Positions 35,282 to 45,937 of a stretch of DNA of 64,000 nucleotides are shown here, in pieces. Source of the stretch: a virus. Below the pieces are notes generated by a model that was not told the DNA's origin, searched no databases, and saw nothing but the letters and a program-made list of their open reading frames with translations. The stretch covers positions 32,001 through 96,000 of IMG/VR virus record IMGVR_UViG_3300025133_000042, one strand, 5' to 3'. Position 1 is the stretch's first letter. Each line of letters opens with the position of its first letter. The position numbers and the translations under genes are program-made.

Positions 35282-36469
35282 CTATAAATAGGCCGATAAG
35301 TTCTTTAAGTCCCCGTAATTTTTACCGGCGCTTAAACTAGCTCTAAACTTGCCAAACTGTGTATCAGAGAATATTTCAATCATGTCTTTTAGAATATCGC
35401 GGTCTGAATCACTGAAGTCGATAACAGCACTATCATGCACACAAAAAGAAATATACGACTTTCTACCTTTTAACATTTTATCAATTTTCATAAGCTGTGT
35501 CAAGAACAAATCGCTTGTTGTGCTCTGAACAAGATAGTTCAGCGCTTTGTGATCTGTTGCCGCTATTCTTCTTCCGAATGGTGTGTGGACAAACCCATCG
35601 TAATAATACTCATCTAAAACCTGCTCTCTGCTAAAAACCGCTTCAAGCTTCTTGTTGGAAGCTTTCGGGTTGTAAAGCCATGCAAAGACTTTCTTTTTAA
35701 CCTCATCCCTTGTTTTCTTGCCCTTAAAGACAGTTTCCCCAATCCACTCATGGATGTCCCCTTCAGGCTGGGAAGCGCCGTTAAGGGCCAATAAAGTGCG
35801 TAATTCGGCGGCATTATAGTCAATCTCGACAAACCAATCGTTGTTAGGCCGGATAACATGGCGATGTCGCTTATCTAGCGTCAGAATAGGAAAGCTGGAT
35901 GTCTTTGTCGTGAGCCTTCCGGTGGTACTTTTCCACTGATCATACAAGATACTCGCTTGGCCAGAGTCAATTTTGTTTTTCAACTTACGACCGGTCAAAC
36001 TAGCCAGATTTATATCCTTTGCTGAGAGATTTAATCTCTGATTCGACATTTTTGTCACCATTCTTGCTAGATCAACAAGAAAATCATAATTTTCTGGCTT
36101 TTCGATTGTGTCAAAGACGTGCTTGGAGATTTTATTTTTCATTTCGCAAAGCTTAATTAAGTAATTTTTTGGCACCAAATCGTAAAAACAAACATCATTC
36201 AAATCAACCTTACAAGTTGCAAAAGCTTTAATAAAAGCCATTCCTTTTTTGTGCAAGATATCGTATTCATCCTTGAGATCGACGGGGCATGCTTGCTGAA
36301 GGCTGCTTCCCAGAGACCAAATATGCGCATACAAAATTTCTTCGCCTTGAACGTGTTCAGTGTATGCCCAAGTTTTTTGCAAATCTAGATCGGTGGTGTC
36401 ATAATGCAGCTCGTTGTTGCAATAAACGGCATGACATTCTTGCTTTTCGTCAAATGCTTGAAAAAACAT
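35282..36469 (-). CDS. Minimal family A DNA polymerase-like protein
   Basis: TTGRLT, DYNAAELR (A), R...K...F..LY (B), NYLVQST, VHDS (C). Confidence 0.85.
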   Translation of the reverse strand: MFFQAFDEKQECHAVYCNNELHYDTTDLDLQKTWAYTEHVQGEEILYAHIWSLGSSLQQACPVDLKDEYDILHKKGMAFIKAFATCKVDLNDVCFYDLVPKNYLIKLCEMKNKISKHVFDTIEKPENYDFLVDLARMVTKMSNQRLNLSAKDINLASLTGRKLKNKIDSGQASILYDQWKSTTGRLTTKTSSFPILTLDKRHRHVIRPNNDWFVEIDYNAAELRTLLALNGASQPEGDIHEWIGETVFKGKKTRDEVKKKVFAWLYNPKASNKKLEAVFSREQVLDEYYYDGFVHTPFGRRIAATDHKALNYLVQSTTSDLFLTQLMKIDKMLKGRKSYISFCVHDSAVIDFSDSDRDILKDMIEIFSDTQFGKFRASLSAGKNYGDLKNLSAYL

Positions 36470-36545
36470 CTTTCTCCTTACTTTGAAGGCCTATCTGCGA
36501 CTGATGCTGCAGCGATGTGGAGGCCAGAAAACCACTCAGACACCT

Positions 36546-38093
36546 CTAATAGCCGCCTGGTGACTGGCCAGAAGTATTGCTAGGTGCAACTGAAGGCGTC
36601 ATTGCTGCCTCCAACAGGTCGTCTCCGGCCGGCGGTTCGGAGAACTGCTCATCGTCGACTTCCTGAGCGGTTTGATCATGAAAAGGGCCCTTTCGGGGGG
36701 TGTGTCTTGATAGTTCATCATAAACTATAAGATCGCGGACGGCCTTCGTAAAGAATCCAGTTTTAATATTTTGCTTCTTGCGATATGCATTGATGTCAAA
36801 TAATATTTTTTTAACAGTTTTTTGGAATCCGTAGGCCCTATAATACGACATTAGTCTCCCAAGATCGGAAGCTATTTTAGCTGGCTCAATTTTTATCTTA
36901 TGTTCAGCCACTTTAATCTGATAATAAAAATTTAACCAGAATTTATCATCGTAATCGATATAATATGCGGAGTTGGTACGGAGATTTCGTTCTTCGTCAA
37001 ATGCGCGCATGGGCGTTCTTGTCGCCTTGCCAACTTTTAATGTCTCGGTACCGTTGATGTGGCATCTTCTGGTGTATGGAACGTCAACATCTGGCATGAA
37101 ACCAACGTAATTGTTGTAAAAAGCCACCATGTGAAACTTTAATAACTCCACATCAATCCTGAAAGCATCTTTGTATATTCTCTTCATTAATGATTTCATG
37201 GTTAAGTCATCACCGAGCATAATTTGCTTTTGTGCGCCGGCGCGCATCTTCGGGTGATTTAAATTTGCCACCAGGCGCCAAGGGATGTTCTTATCAACCA
37301 TAAAGCCATGAGTCGTTGCCATTCTTTTGTAAATTGGAAAGAGCGGAGATATAAAGAAGTTTGAAAATTTATTTGCATCATCATCGTAGTCAGACTGATT
37401 TACTTCTATTGTGCAGCCGTTTACATTCATTGGGCAATATGCAGACTGTATGAAAGAGCTGAATGTTATAGGTATATCTCTGGCAGCTAAGTGACAAAAA
37501 TCTATGAAATGCTTAACAAAGTGTTCAAAAATTAATATTTTTGAATGCTGGTTTGATAAATAATCCGTCGTAAGGGCGCGATACAAAGTCGACATATGCT
37601 CGTGGTACAGAATCGAAGGGGATTGCCAAGCTTTCGAAACGTTCAAAGGAAACATAGATTGTTCTTCTAGCGCGTCGATGGGCAGAAAGCCGCCTGCTTT
37701 ACGAATATAACTTTCAGCGTTAACCACCATCTCTTCAAACAGATCAACAACATAATTTATAGCGAAAAGATCCTGGCTGACGGCAGAGGTAAACTGCTTT
37801 AAATATATCATATCTGACAAGTGTATGGGCATGCCAGCAGGGTCGACCTTACCAAACTCAGTTGTGGTATTCCATGTGTCGATTAGACCAAAGTCTTCAC
37901 CTTCGATCTGCTGAAATGCCTTTTCTTTGTAATATAGCCTCTCTTCAAACAGCAAGCCTGAATCAAGATAATTGACGCCAACTGGCAAATCTCTTTCTTC
38001 ATCAAATGGCCTTGCGCCGCGGTCGGCTAATATCCTTTCTTCTTCGAAGGCCAATTCGGGAGATGCTTCATATATTTTTACATTATCACTCAT
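36546..38093 (-). CDS. Hypothetical protein at the end of the tail operon
   Basis: Long ORF; position only. Confidence 0.75.
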   Translation of the reverse strand: MSDNVKIYEASPELAFEEERILADRGARPFDEERDLPVGVNYLDSGLLFEERLYYKEKAFQQIEGEDFGLIDTWNTTTEFGKVDPAGMPIHLSDMIYLKQFTSAVSQDLFAINYVVDLFEEMVVNAESYIRKAGGFLPIDALEEQSMFPLNVSKAWQSPSILYHEHMSTLYRALTTDYLSNQHSKILIFEHFVKHFIDFCHLAARDIPITFSSFIQSAYCPMNVNGCTIEVNQSDYDDDANKFSNFFISPLFPIYKRMATTHGFMVDKNIPWRLVANLNHPKMRAGAQKQIMLGDDLTMKSLMKRIYKDAFRIDVELLKFHMVAFYNNYVGFMPDVDVPYTRRCHINGTETLKVGKATRTPMRAFDEERNLRTNSAYYIDYDDKFWLNFYYQIKVAEHKIKIEPAKIASDLGRLMSYYRAYGFQKTVKKILFDINAYRKKQNIKTGFFTKAVRDLIVYDELSRHTPRKGPFHDQTAQEVDDEQFSEPPAGDDLLEAAMTPSVAPSNTSGQSPGGY

Positions 38094-38120
38094 ATTTCTT
38101 GAATTTCCTAAAATAGCTCG

Positions 38121-40802
38121 CTAAATGCCGACCACGTCGCTGACCGCGTCAACGGCGGCGTCCCACAGTCCGCCAGCCGGGGCATCTCCGGAGGGTTGCT
38201 CAGGGGCGGGCGCTGTAGCATCTGAGGTGCCTTGCAGCTTACCGGCGGCCATAAACAGTGCTTGGATCTTTGTAATAAACTCCGATGCCGTTATAATATA
38301 GTTAAGCTTGTTGCATTGGTAATACCCTCCGATGCCCAAGCGCTGAGATAGAGATTCAGCATCATTTGTATTTCCTAAACTCAAGGAAGACAGGTTAAAG
38401 AAAAAAGGATATCCAATTTTAAAAAAAGTATGCCCAAGCATCTCAAGAGTCAAATCATATCTTGCGCCGCCTGAGATGTCGCCGCCTAATTTTGGCCGGC
38501 CATCCTTGGGGAAAGTAAGCGCCTCTGCCATGAATGGCTGCGTATTCGTGTCTATTGAGAACGTTTTAACTGGGGTGTCCGATGTGCCAGCAATAATATG
38601 ATGAATGCCCTTGCCCTGGTCGGAAGAAGCATCGCCACTTAAGCCCGTAAAAACATAATTCGGAATATATATCAAATTGTATTCTTTAGTTTTGACCAGG
38701 CTGACGGAGGTCGAGAGATACGAAAGGTTGTTTAGTTTCATTCTTGCGTAGCTCTCATCAATATAATTTTGGCCCGTGCGGCCGTCGGCGGTGGCGTAGC
38801 CCAGACAAGGGTCGTCCGGACCATGTTTCTTGATGCTGATAGGCATGCTATGAGCATATTGGACATTCTGACCAGAGGATTCTAGACGACATGTCTCGCC
38901 GAGGGCGCCTGGGAGCACTGATTTATTTAATAGGTGCACAAAATCTCTAAAAAGGAGGTTCCCTCTGGCCGGCTTAATAAATTTATTTGTCATGAAGTCG
39001 ATAAAGAAATCAACAGAAATTGGAATGTCCGCAATGTTTGCGCCAGATCGGGGATTTGACTGGCCGGCGCAGGATTCAGTTCTTAGCAACACAGGGCCTA
39101 GAATAGGCGTCGGAAAAGTATCCATTCGGCCGCCCTTGACATACTCCTCGTGGAACGGTCCGTCGGGCTTCCTAAGGATATTTAATGCAACCTCTAGAAT
39201 ATCGCCATAATGAAAAAAGGAAATATCCATAAATTTATCAGATTCAAACTCGGGATGGGCATCGCCTAGGGCGACTTCGACAGCCTTGGTGGCTTTTTCT
39301 AGTTTTTCGGGACTTGCGCTGGTCGAATAATGTATAGAAAACTTGCCATTTATATCCTCAAGCTTCTTCGTCCGCTTCGAGGTGGCATCGTCGCCCGACT
39401 GGCCTTTGGTTTTTTCTTCTATCACGGCTTGGAGCTGGCGGGCGGCATCAAGTTTGCCCTCAACGGCAGAGTTGCCAGATGCGACAGTGGCGGCGCCTAA
39501 GAGTTTATTATAGACTGCGCATTCATCGGCTGCCAACTTTCTAACATCTTGGCTTTGTAAATTTTCTCCCTTCGCTATTGCTCCCAATAATGCAGTCGGA
39601 ACTGTAATCACCTTTATATAAGATCTCTGGGGAGAGGTTTGTTTATATTTATTTCCTGCGTTAAACAACTCTTGCATAAATCTTGACATAGCCTCGTCTT
39701 TTAAGTTGTTTGTGGCTTTCGATATAAGATTGTTATATCTTTTTATATCCTCCTGGTCGGCGGCGTCGACCTTCGACCCCCTGGCCCGGGCTTCGCTTTT
39801 TACTTCTTCAATATTTTTCCGAAGAATATTAATGCGCTTCTGCTCGTCGGCAGTCATCATCAAGTCCGTTCGAGGGTCTCTATAAATGCCATCCACGGCG
39901 CCGTTATAGGTCATTTCAAGCTCGACGGAGCCATCTTCGTTAAAAGACAGTTGGTGTTCCCGCAAATGAAGTCTAAGGACCCGTTTAGACTTCTGTATGG
40001 CTTTTTTGATCTCTTTAAATTTTCCTCTAGAAACTCCAATCTTTGAAGGATCTAGCTTTGGTATTTTATACCCAACATGCAAAATTGCCTGAGTATCCAA
40101 GGGGTCATATCCTTTTTCCGTGTTTATGCTTCTGGTCACCAAATCAGAATAAGGCTTGCCAGATGCGGTACCGGCTTTAGATGTGAACGTTCCAAAACTC
40201 TTAAAAAACAATTTGACTTTCACAACTAGAGTATTGCCTTCTTCGGCTGGCTGGCTTGTGAGATCCTCAATCTGCACCTCTAAAATTCCAGCATCAGTGC
40301 CTTTTTTCTCCGATATTGATCGCCCGGGCCCGGTACGGCCTTTCTGAGAGCCTGGCATGTTGGCTAGCGTGTCGCTACTATCAAAAAAGTATTCGTGCTT
40401 GACATTATTCCTATCGACTCCAAACAGCCTGATCTCTGGCACCATATGCGATATTAAAGGAGAGGGCATCTTAAAGAATGAGCTGGCTTCTTTTACTTTA
40501 TGAATATAGCTGATCATTCCAGCTGGATTTTGCGAATCCATCATAATAAAGTTGCGATATAAATTTTTCTTATTTTTTGTACGTGGGTTTTCCACCAAAG
40601 GAGAGCGCCCAAAAAGAGCTGCCAGCACACATTGCGCGTGCTCCAGCCTTGTTTTTCGAACAACGTCTTCGTCCGTCGTAGTTTTGGCGCCTTTTTCCTT
40701 GGCTGCCAGGCTGCGAGCTTTTTTATCTTTTTCCACACCAGCTCGCACTTCAGCGGCCTCAGCGGCATCGTCGGCACCGGCCAGGTCCTCGTCGCTAATC
40801 AT
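38121..40802 (-). CDS. Probable baseplate hub protein
   Basis: Follows LysM-like gene; C-terminal L.MLG..FF.IG..F...GGYY....Y.I..F.T pattern. Confidence 0.6.
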   Translation of the reverse strand: MISDEDLAGADDAAEAAEVRAGVEKDKKARSLAAKEKGAKTTTDEDVVRKTRLEHAQCVLAALFGRSPLVENPRTKNKKNLYRNFIMMDSQNPAGMISYIHKVKEASSFFKMPSPLISHMVPEIRLFGVDRNNVKHEYFFDSSDTLANMPGSQKGRTGPGRSISEKKGTDAGILEVQIEDLTSQPAEEGNTLVVKVKLFFKSFGTFTSKAGTASGKPYSDLVTRSINTEKGYDPLDTQAILHVGYKIPKLDPSKIGVSRGKFKEIKKAIQKSKRVLRLHLREHQLSFNEDGSVELEMTYNGAVDGIYRDPRTDLMMTADEQKRINILRKNIEEVKSEARARGSKVDAADQEDIKRYNNLISKATNNLKDEAMSRFMQELFNAGNKYKQTSPQRSYIKVITVPTALLGAIAKGENLQSQDVRKLAADECAVYNKLLGAATVASGNSAVEGKLDAARQLQAVIEEKTKGQSGDDATSKRTKKLEDINGKFSIHYSTSASPEKLEKATKAVEVALGDAHPEFESDKFMDISFFHYGDILEVALNILRKPDGPFHEEYVKGGRMDTFPTPILGPVLLRTESCAGQSNPRSGANIADIPISVDFFIDFMTNKFIKPARGNLLFRDFVHLLNKSVLPGALGETCRLESSGQNVQYAHSMPISIKKHGPDDPCLGYATADGRTGQNYIDESYARMKLNNLSYLSTSVSLVKTKEYNLIYIPNYVFTGLSGDASSDQGKGIHHIIAGTSDTPVKTFSIDTNTQPFMAEALTFPKDGRPKLGGDISGGARYDLTLEMLGHTFFKIGYPFFFNLSSLSLGNTNDAESLSQRLGIGGYYQCNKLNYIITASEFITKIQALFMAAGKLQGTSDATAPAPEQPSGDAPAGGLWDAAVDAVSDVVGI

Positions 40803-40803
40803 T

Positions 40804-41148
40804 TTAATACCCCATGTAGTCTAAAATATACTCTAAAGGCAGAGGAATGTTAATTATATCTCCAGGAGATAGTAGAAATTCAGCCGGCTTTTTGTTGAAA
40901 GCAGCGATGACCCACCACATTTCAGGATCATCGTAAAATTGAGCAGCCAATTTTTCAAATCTATCTCCCATCTCCCATGGCCTTGTCACAATATTTAAAG
41001 TTTGGATTTCTCCTTGTGTTGGATATCTGATGGTTGGGCTTCGATACTGGAGGATGGAGTTTCGGCCAAGACGTCGCCGGAAATCCTCATATATAACACT
41101 CCTGTTCCTCTTTACTCTTCTGTTGTTAAATCTAGATATAATGCCCAT
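40804..41148 (-). CDS. LysM-like baseplate wedge protein (gp53/tail X-like)
   Basis: GDRFEKLAAQFYDDPEMWWVIAAFN...PGDIINIP. Confidence 0.88.
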   Translation of the reverse strand: MGIISRFNNRRVKRNRSVIYEDFRRRLGRNSILQYRSPTIRYPTQGEIQTLNIVTRPWEMGDRFEKLAAQFYDDPEMWWVIAAFNKKPAEFLLSPGDIINIPLPLEYILDYMGY

Positions 41149-41166
41149 CTTTTATTTACCTTATGG

Positions 41167-41955
41167 TTAGTTGACCGTGCTCTGGTGTTTAGGCAGCGAC
41201 CGGTCGACGTCGGTGCCGCCGCTGGAGCCCCCAATCACCGCGTCAGCTCTTGCTTGTGCAACGGCGTCGCCGGTGACGCCAGTATCCGCGGTGGGGGTCG
41301 TCGGGCCGGCCGTATTTGGACCACCTTTCCAGCCAGTATCAGAGAAAGTACTAATAGCGTGGCCATCTTCGCCCCAGCCGCGTGCCTTTCCTGCGTGCAG
41401 GGGCTTAAATGTAACTGACAATTTTATTAGTTTTGGATAAAACTTGCTTCCTTCATAGAACATGCCCGGCTCCATCTCTGGAGTAAAATTAAGTCCAGGT
41501 ATTATTCCCAACAAAAGACCATTAGTGCCCTGCTCATCTTCAATCAGATTATTAAATTTGATCTGAAACAAGGGAGCTGTGGATATAATATAATGATCTC
41601 CGGCACCTGCGTGAGCATAAGAAGGATATAACAGCGACTGAAGTCGCTTAACTTTTTGTAAGTTCTCCTGCGCCGTGGTGGCATCTTCAGCGGGGATATC
41701 GATCGCAAAATCTATCTGCCTTTTTGTATTTTGAAAGGAATATATTGGGTCCATGCGACCATAAGTGTTGGTTTCGACGAACTCCGCCGTGACGTTGTCA
41801 CTAAAGCTGGTTAGAAATGCAGGAAAAATAATTGGCTCATCATAAAGACCCCGCGGATTGTGGAACTCTATCACCTGGCCGGCCGCGATGAGAGCCGTGA
41901 CGTTAGCGCGGGACTGGGCCGCGTCCATCTTACCTTTTATAGTACCTAAACTCAT
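41167..41955 (-). CDS. Tail tube initiator-like baseplate protein
   Basis: FPAFLTSFSD...YGRMDP....NT.R.I.F...YPSY; directly after tape measure. Confidence 0.7.
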   Translation of the reverse strand: MSLGTIKGKMDAAQSRANVTALIAAGQVIEFHNPRGLYDEPIIFPAFLTSFSDNVTAEFVETNTYGRMDPIYSFQNTKRQIDFAIDIPAEDATTAQENLQKVKRLQSLLYPSYAHAGAGDHYIISTAPLFQIKFNNLIEDEQGTNGLLLGIIPGLNFTPEMEPGMFYEGSKFYPKLIKLSVTFKPLHAGKARGWGEDGHAISTFSDTGWKGGPNTAGPTTPTADTGVTGDAVAQARADAVIGGSSGGTDVDRSLPKHQSTVN

Positions 41956-41961
41956 TAAATG

Positions 41962-44900
41962 TTATCCCGTTATTTGAGAGCCTCCAGTAATACGTAGTTT
42001 GCGATCTATTTCCGGCTTCAATTCTTCAATAATTCCTTTGGCAAAAGCCTTTCGGCCGTCGCGATCCATATATAAGTTAAGCGTGCGTGCGCTGCCGCCT
42101 GCAGCCGGCGCAGTTGTAGTATCTGCGGACTTTTCAGCGTTCAGGCCGATCAATTCTCCAATCATGTTTCCTATTTGCGTAAACACGCCACTTTCGGCTG
42201 CTGCAGCTGCCTCGGCCAGGCGGGCGGTCTCTCGCATCATTTCCGCAATGCCTGCTGATTGCTCTGGCGAAGAGGCTGCGGTGGCCTCCACGACGCCACG
42301 TACGTGCGCCATCGTCTCGGATGTATCAGGCGTGAAAGAGCCGATCTCTTTCATCGTCATTCCTATTGTCAGCATATTGAAGGCGTTGAGCTTGTTAACA
42401 ACCTCAACGAGCCGCTCAAATTCGCTAACCATGAGAGATAACGTGCTAATTTCAACTAGATCTGCCATTCCAAAGGTCTCAAGAACAGCGTTGAGATCTG
42501 TCAATCTCCCAATCATCGAGCCTAGAACATCGTTTTGCTGTGTAAACGACAGAGCCATCAATGCCGCGCCGGTGCCGGCAGCGAGCATACCTGCTGCTAT
42601 GGCGGCTAGCATGGGCAACGTCACAATAGATGTCACTGAAAAAGCCAATAAGGCTGCGTCTAAAGCTAAAATGCCGGCCGAAAAGGCTAAAAGGCCCGGG
42701 CCGGCGAGAGCGGCGCCGATACCAGCAAGAACAGTGGCTCCGGCAAGAAGAGCAACGCCGGCTGCGGCTGTGATCGCAGTAATCGTGATTCCCAGTAGGG
42801 CCAATGCAACGAGGCCAAGGCTGGCTGCGAGACCAACCATGGACGCAGCTGCGGCTGCAGTGCCCTTAGCTAGCGCCATCATGGCCGTGGCTGAGAGAGA
42901 AATGCCAGGGGCGCCAACTTTAGAAGCTATACCTAATGCAACCATAGCTCCTGCCAGTATGCCTAATCCAATGTACAAGGGCGGAGAGAACATCGGCAAC
43001 AGAATAACAGCTGCAAGAGCTAACAAAATGCCTGTCGCGAGCATCAGCTTCACGCCCAAAGAGGCCGAAGCCAAGCCTAGTACACTAAAGGCACCGGAGA
43101 GCGCATAAGAGGCAGCTGCCATGGCGTATTCAGCTGCAATCGCGAGGCCCCTTTGGATTATGGAAAATCCTCTAACTATAATCCCGCGAGATTCCGCTGC
43201 AGTCTCAAGTCCGGTGGCTGCGGTGCTGGCCCCTTTGGCGCCGATGCCGAGCCAAGACTGGGCCCTTTCTGAAATACGACTCAAAATGCCCTGTTTTCTC
43301 ACAGTATCTGCAGAAAGCTCTGCTGCAGCTTCGGTGCCTATAGCCAGAGCCGCGGCGACCCTTGAGGCGGCTTGCTTATCTGTCGCAGCGCTTTCAAGGC
43401 TGCGTGTTCCGGTCCGGACGAGATCTTCGGCTGCGCCGGCGCCTTCGACGCCGGCCTCAGTAGCCGATGCTGCCATTGAAGCGATAGTCGACGCGGTGAG
43501 CTTATCGATGGCTTTTGTTAGGGTGCCGACGCCGGTCACCTTTGCAAACATGCCTGCGGTGGCCCAGGCGGTCGCCTTCGCGAACAAGAGCATACTGCCG
43601 ATGGCGGCGGCGAGACCGGTGACGATCACAATCCATGGAGATTCATCAAAATAATCAACAAAAGCAATGAAGGCATCTAAAAGGCCGCCGACCAAGCCCA
43701 TGAGAGGCCCGATGGCGATCGTAAATCTCTCAAGCGCGGAGTTCCATTTTGCTCCAAATGAGGCGGACGCTTTAGCAAGTTCCTTCATCCTTTCTGGGCT
43801 CATCTTCAGGCCTTCGACCTCGCTCATTTGAGCGTCCAGCTCAGCAGTGGACATACCCAGCAGCTGATTCGCTTTCGCCATATCAGTGATGCCAAGTTTG
43901 GCAGCAATAGCTTTTTGCTCATACTTGCTCAACGAGCTGAAAGACATATTTGCGGCTTCCATGGACCCAACAAGCAACCTAATTCTTTCTTCCTCGGAAG
44001 CTCCAACCATTTGCAAAGAATTTAAATATTGACCGCCTAAAATAGCGTTCAATCCTGACACAGCTTCAGCTGCGCCTTGAAAAGTGTCAAACTGCTCAGT
44101 TATTCCAAGCAAGTCTGAAGTTGACATGCCGGCAACTTTTGCTGCAGCTGCAACGCCCAAAAACACCTTTTTAGCGCCGGCGCCATATACAGCCAAAGTC
44201 GACAAGCTATCTTGGAACTCTTTTTGCAGTCTGTCTTGTTCGCCATACAGCTTACTCGATGCAGCGGTGAGGTCCATTGTCATTTGTATGGCGTCATCCG
44301 TGGTCATATTAAGCGCTGTCGTTGATTCGTTTAATAGCCTAGCACTTGTTTCGCCAGACACGCCGATAGCATCAAGCTGAACAACGACATTTTTTAGGTG
44401 TTTTCGGGCGTCGGGGGCCACAGTGGAGAAGGCCCTGAAATTGCTCAGCAGGGCCGTTGTCGCTTTGGCGCCATCTTCCATAAGAACATGGAATTCTTTG
44501 TTTTCTACGTTGGTTGTGGTGATCATCTGGTGATATTCACCAGTCAGGCCTGTAGATTTTGTAAAGTTGGCCAAAAGCTCATCTTGCGTTTTGATGAGGT
44601 CAATTGTGTTCTGTGTCAATGAGGCCATTGCAGTGCTAAAGAGACCTGCGGGATGGACGGCGCGGGCGAGGGAAACGCCGACTTGAGCGATTGATTGACC
44701 GGTGGCGGAGAGCATCTTTCTCATGTCGCCACCAGAGGCTTTTTCTATCTTACCAAAAACTGAGTTTTTATATGCGTCTGTTTTCAACATCACCAAGCCG
44801 GTGATACTGCTGATTTTGCTGTCGATGCCGTCAAGAGTGCCGTGAAGATCTTTGTTAAACTTGGCATGCTTAGCCAGCTCGCGACTTTGAATCTTGAGCA

Positions 44901-45342
44901 TGGCAATTCTTTTATCGAGTTCTTCGTTGTGCTCGACGGCCTCGCCGGTCTTGTCGTACGCGTCCTCAAGCTCTTTAACATTTGCCGCCAGCAGCTGCTG
45001 CTGGAAGTCCAGGTCTTTGTTCTTGGCGTCAAGGCGTCTTTGGAGGATGTTTTGTTCTATAGCATTTTGTTGCTGGATGTGGCTGCCCAAGGCCTGTTGC
45101 CTTTTTTCTTTTAGCTCGACGACCTCCAGCTGCTTTTCTAAGATACCCAAAAGATCTTTTTGATCTTTGATTTGTGCTCCCATGTCCGCGATTGATGACT
45201 CAGACACAGCTTGGCCTAGGGCGGCCTTCGAGGCTGCTTCGTCGAGAGGTGATTCGCCCGTATCTGCAGTTCCCTTCTTCGTACCCACAAGCTTTTCAAG
45301 TGCTGTTATAAGCCGACTTAGTTGTGCATCGTTGACCGCCAT
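41962..45342 (-). CDS. Tail tape measure protein
   Basis: 1126 aa, Ala/Gly-rich helical, hydrophobic segments, canonical position. Confidence 0.85.
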   Translation of the reverse strand: MAVNDAQLSRLITALEKLVGTKKGTADTGESPLDEAASKAALGQAVSESSIADMGAQIKDQKDLLGILEKQLEVVELKEKRQQALGSHIQQQNAIEQNILQRRLDAKNKDLDFQQQLLAANVKELEDAYDKTGEAVEHNEELDKRIAMLKIQSRELAKHAKFNKDLHGTLDGIDSKISSITGLVMLKTDAYKNSVFGKIEKASGGDMRKMLSATGQSIAQVGVSLARAVHPAGLFSTAMASLTQNTIDLIKTQDELLANFTKSTGLTGEYHQMITTTNVENKEFHVLMEDGAKATTALLSNFRAFSTVAPDARKHLKNVVVQLDAIGVSGETSARLLNESTTALNMTTDDAIQMTMDLTAASSKLYGEQDRLQKEFQDSLSTLAVYGAGAKKVFLGVAAAAKVAGMSTSDLLGITEQFDTFQGAAEAVSGLNAILGGQYLNSLQMVGASEEERIRLLVGSMEAANMSFSSLSKYEQKAIAAKLGITDMAKANQLLGMSTAELDAQMSEVEGLKMSPERMKELAKASASFGAKWNSALERFTIAIGPLMGLVGGLLDAFIAFVDYFDESPWIVIVTGLAAAIGSMLLFAKATAWATAGMFAKVTGVGTLTKAIDKLTASTIASMAASATEAGVEGAGAAEDLVRTGTRSLESAATDKQAASRVAAALAIGTEAAAELSADTVRKQGILSRISERAQSWLGIGAKGASTAATGLETAAESRGIIVRGFSIIQRGLAIAAEYAMAAASYALSGAFSVLGLASASLGVKLMLATGILLALAAVILLPMFSPPLYIGLGILAGAMVALGIASKVGAPGISLSATAMMALAKGTAAAAASMVGLAASLGLVALALLGITITAITAAAGVALLAGATVLAGIGAALAGPGLLAFSAGILALDAALLAFSVTSIVTLPMLAAIAAGMLAAGTGAALMALSFTQQNDVLGSMIGRLTDLNAVLETFGMADLVEISTLSLMVSEFERLVEVVNKLNAFNMLTIGMTMKEIGSFTPDTSETMAHVRGVVEATAASSPEQSAGIAEMMRETARLAEAAAAAESGVFTQIGNMIGELIGLNAEKSADTTTAPAAGGSARTLNLYMDRDGRKAFAKGIIEELKPEIDRKLRITGGSQITG

Positions 45343-45353
45343 CTAAAAAATAC

Positions 45354-45659
45354 CTATTTAACTGGCCACCTCAGGCCTGTAACTTTCTCAAAAGCCGACA
45401 CGGCGCGAGTGAGCATGCTAGCATTACGATGCGTCCTCGCATCTGCCAAACCATGCTTTATATATGCATCCATATATTTCTTTTCGCTCGACAAGGCTCT
45501 GCCAAAAGCTTCAACTTTTCTTTTTTCGCCTTTGATCATTGCTGTTATAGGGGCATTTCCAAACATTGAATCCAACATATAACGAATTTGTGCACCCATG
45601 AGCATCAATTTGCTCTCATTCATGGCGTCCAGATCTATAACTATTTGCTTGTCTTCCAT
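45354..45659 (-). CDS. Hypothetical late protein
   Basis: Late motif upstream; FEKVTGLRWP C-terminus. Confidence 0.75.
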   Translation of the reverse strand: MEDKQIVIDLDAMNESKLMLMGAQIRYMLDSMFGNAPITAMIKGEKRKVEAFGRALSSEKKYMDAYIKHGLADARTHRNASMLTRAVSAFEKVTGLRWPVK

Positions 45660-45698
45660 AAAATTTATCCTCTAACTAAGTTAATTAGTTATTTATAC

Positions 45699-45730
45699 AA
45701 AAAGAAAGCCGCTACTTGAGCGGCTTTCTT
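45699..45730. terminator. Intrinsic terminator
   Basis: AAAGAAAGCCGCT-ACTTG-AGCGGCTTTCTTT. Confidence 0.8.
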
Positions 45731-45937
45731 TATCTAGACCTCGACTTTGCTTTCTGATTTGCCTCATTAGCTGCAGCCTTTTCTTTTTCCTTTTCTTTGC
45801 TAAGGCGCTCTAGAAACCACTTTCTCAAACCCACTGGGAGACTGTATGCCTCAGTAAAGCTCCAGCCGCCATAATATTTTAGCAAAAAGAACTGTTCGTA
45901 GACTTGTTCAATATATTCATCATTTAGGCCAAAAAAA
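45730..45937 (-). CDS. Frameshift extension of the tail assembly chaperone (GT-like)
   Basis: No good start of its own; FFGLNDEY... entered at a T7 run; W.F.EAY.LP..LR.WF motif. Confidence 0.65.

Noticed and set aside
41999-43654. Long plus-strand ORFs opposite the tape measure gene, and other plus-strand ORFs window-wide
   Set aside because: Antisense shadows of Ala/Gly-rich or well-identified minus-strand genes; no motifs
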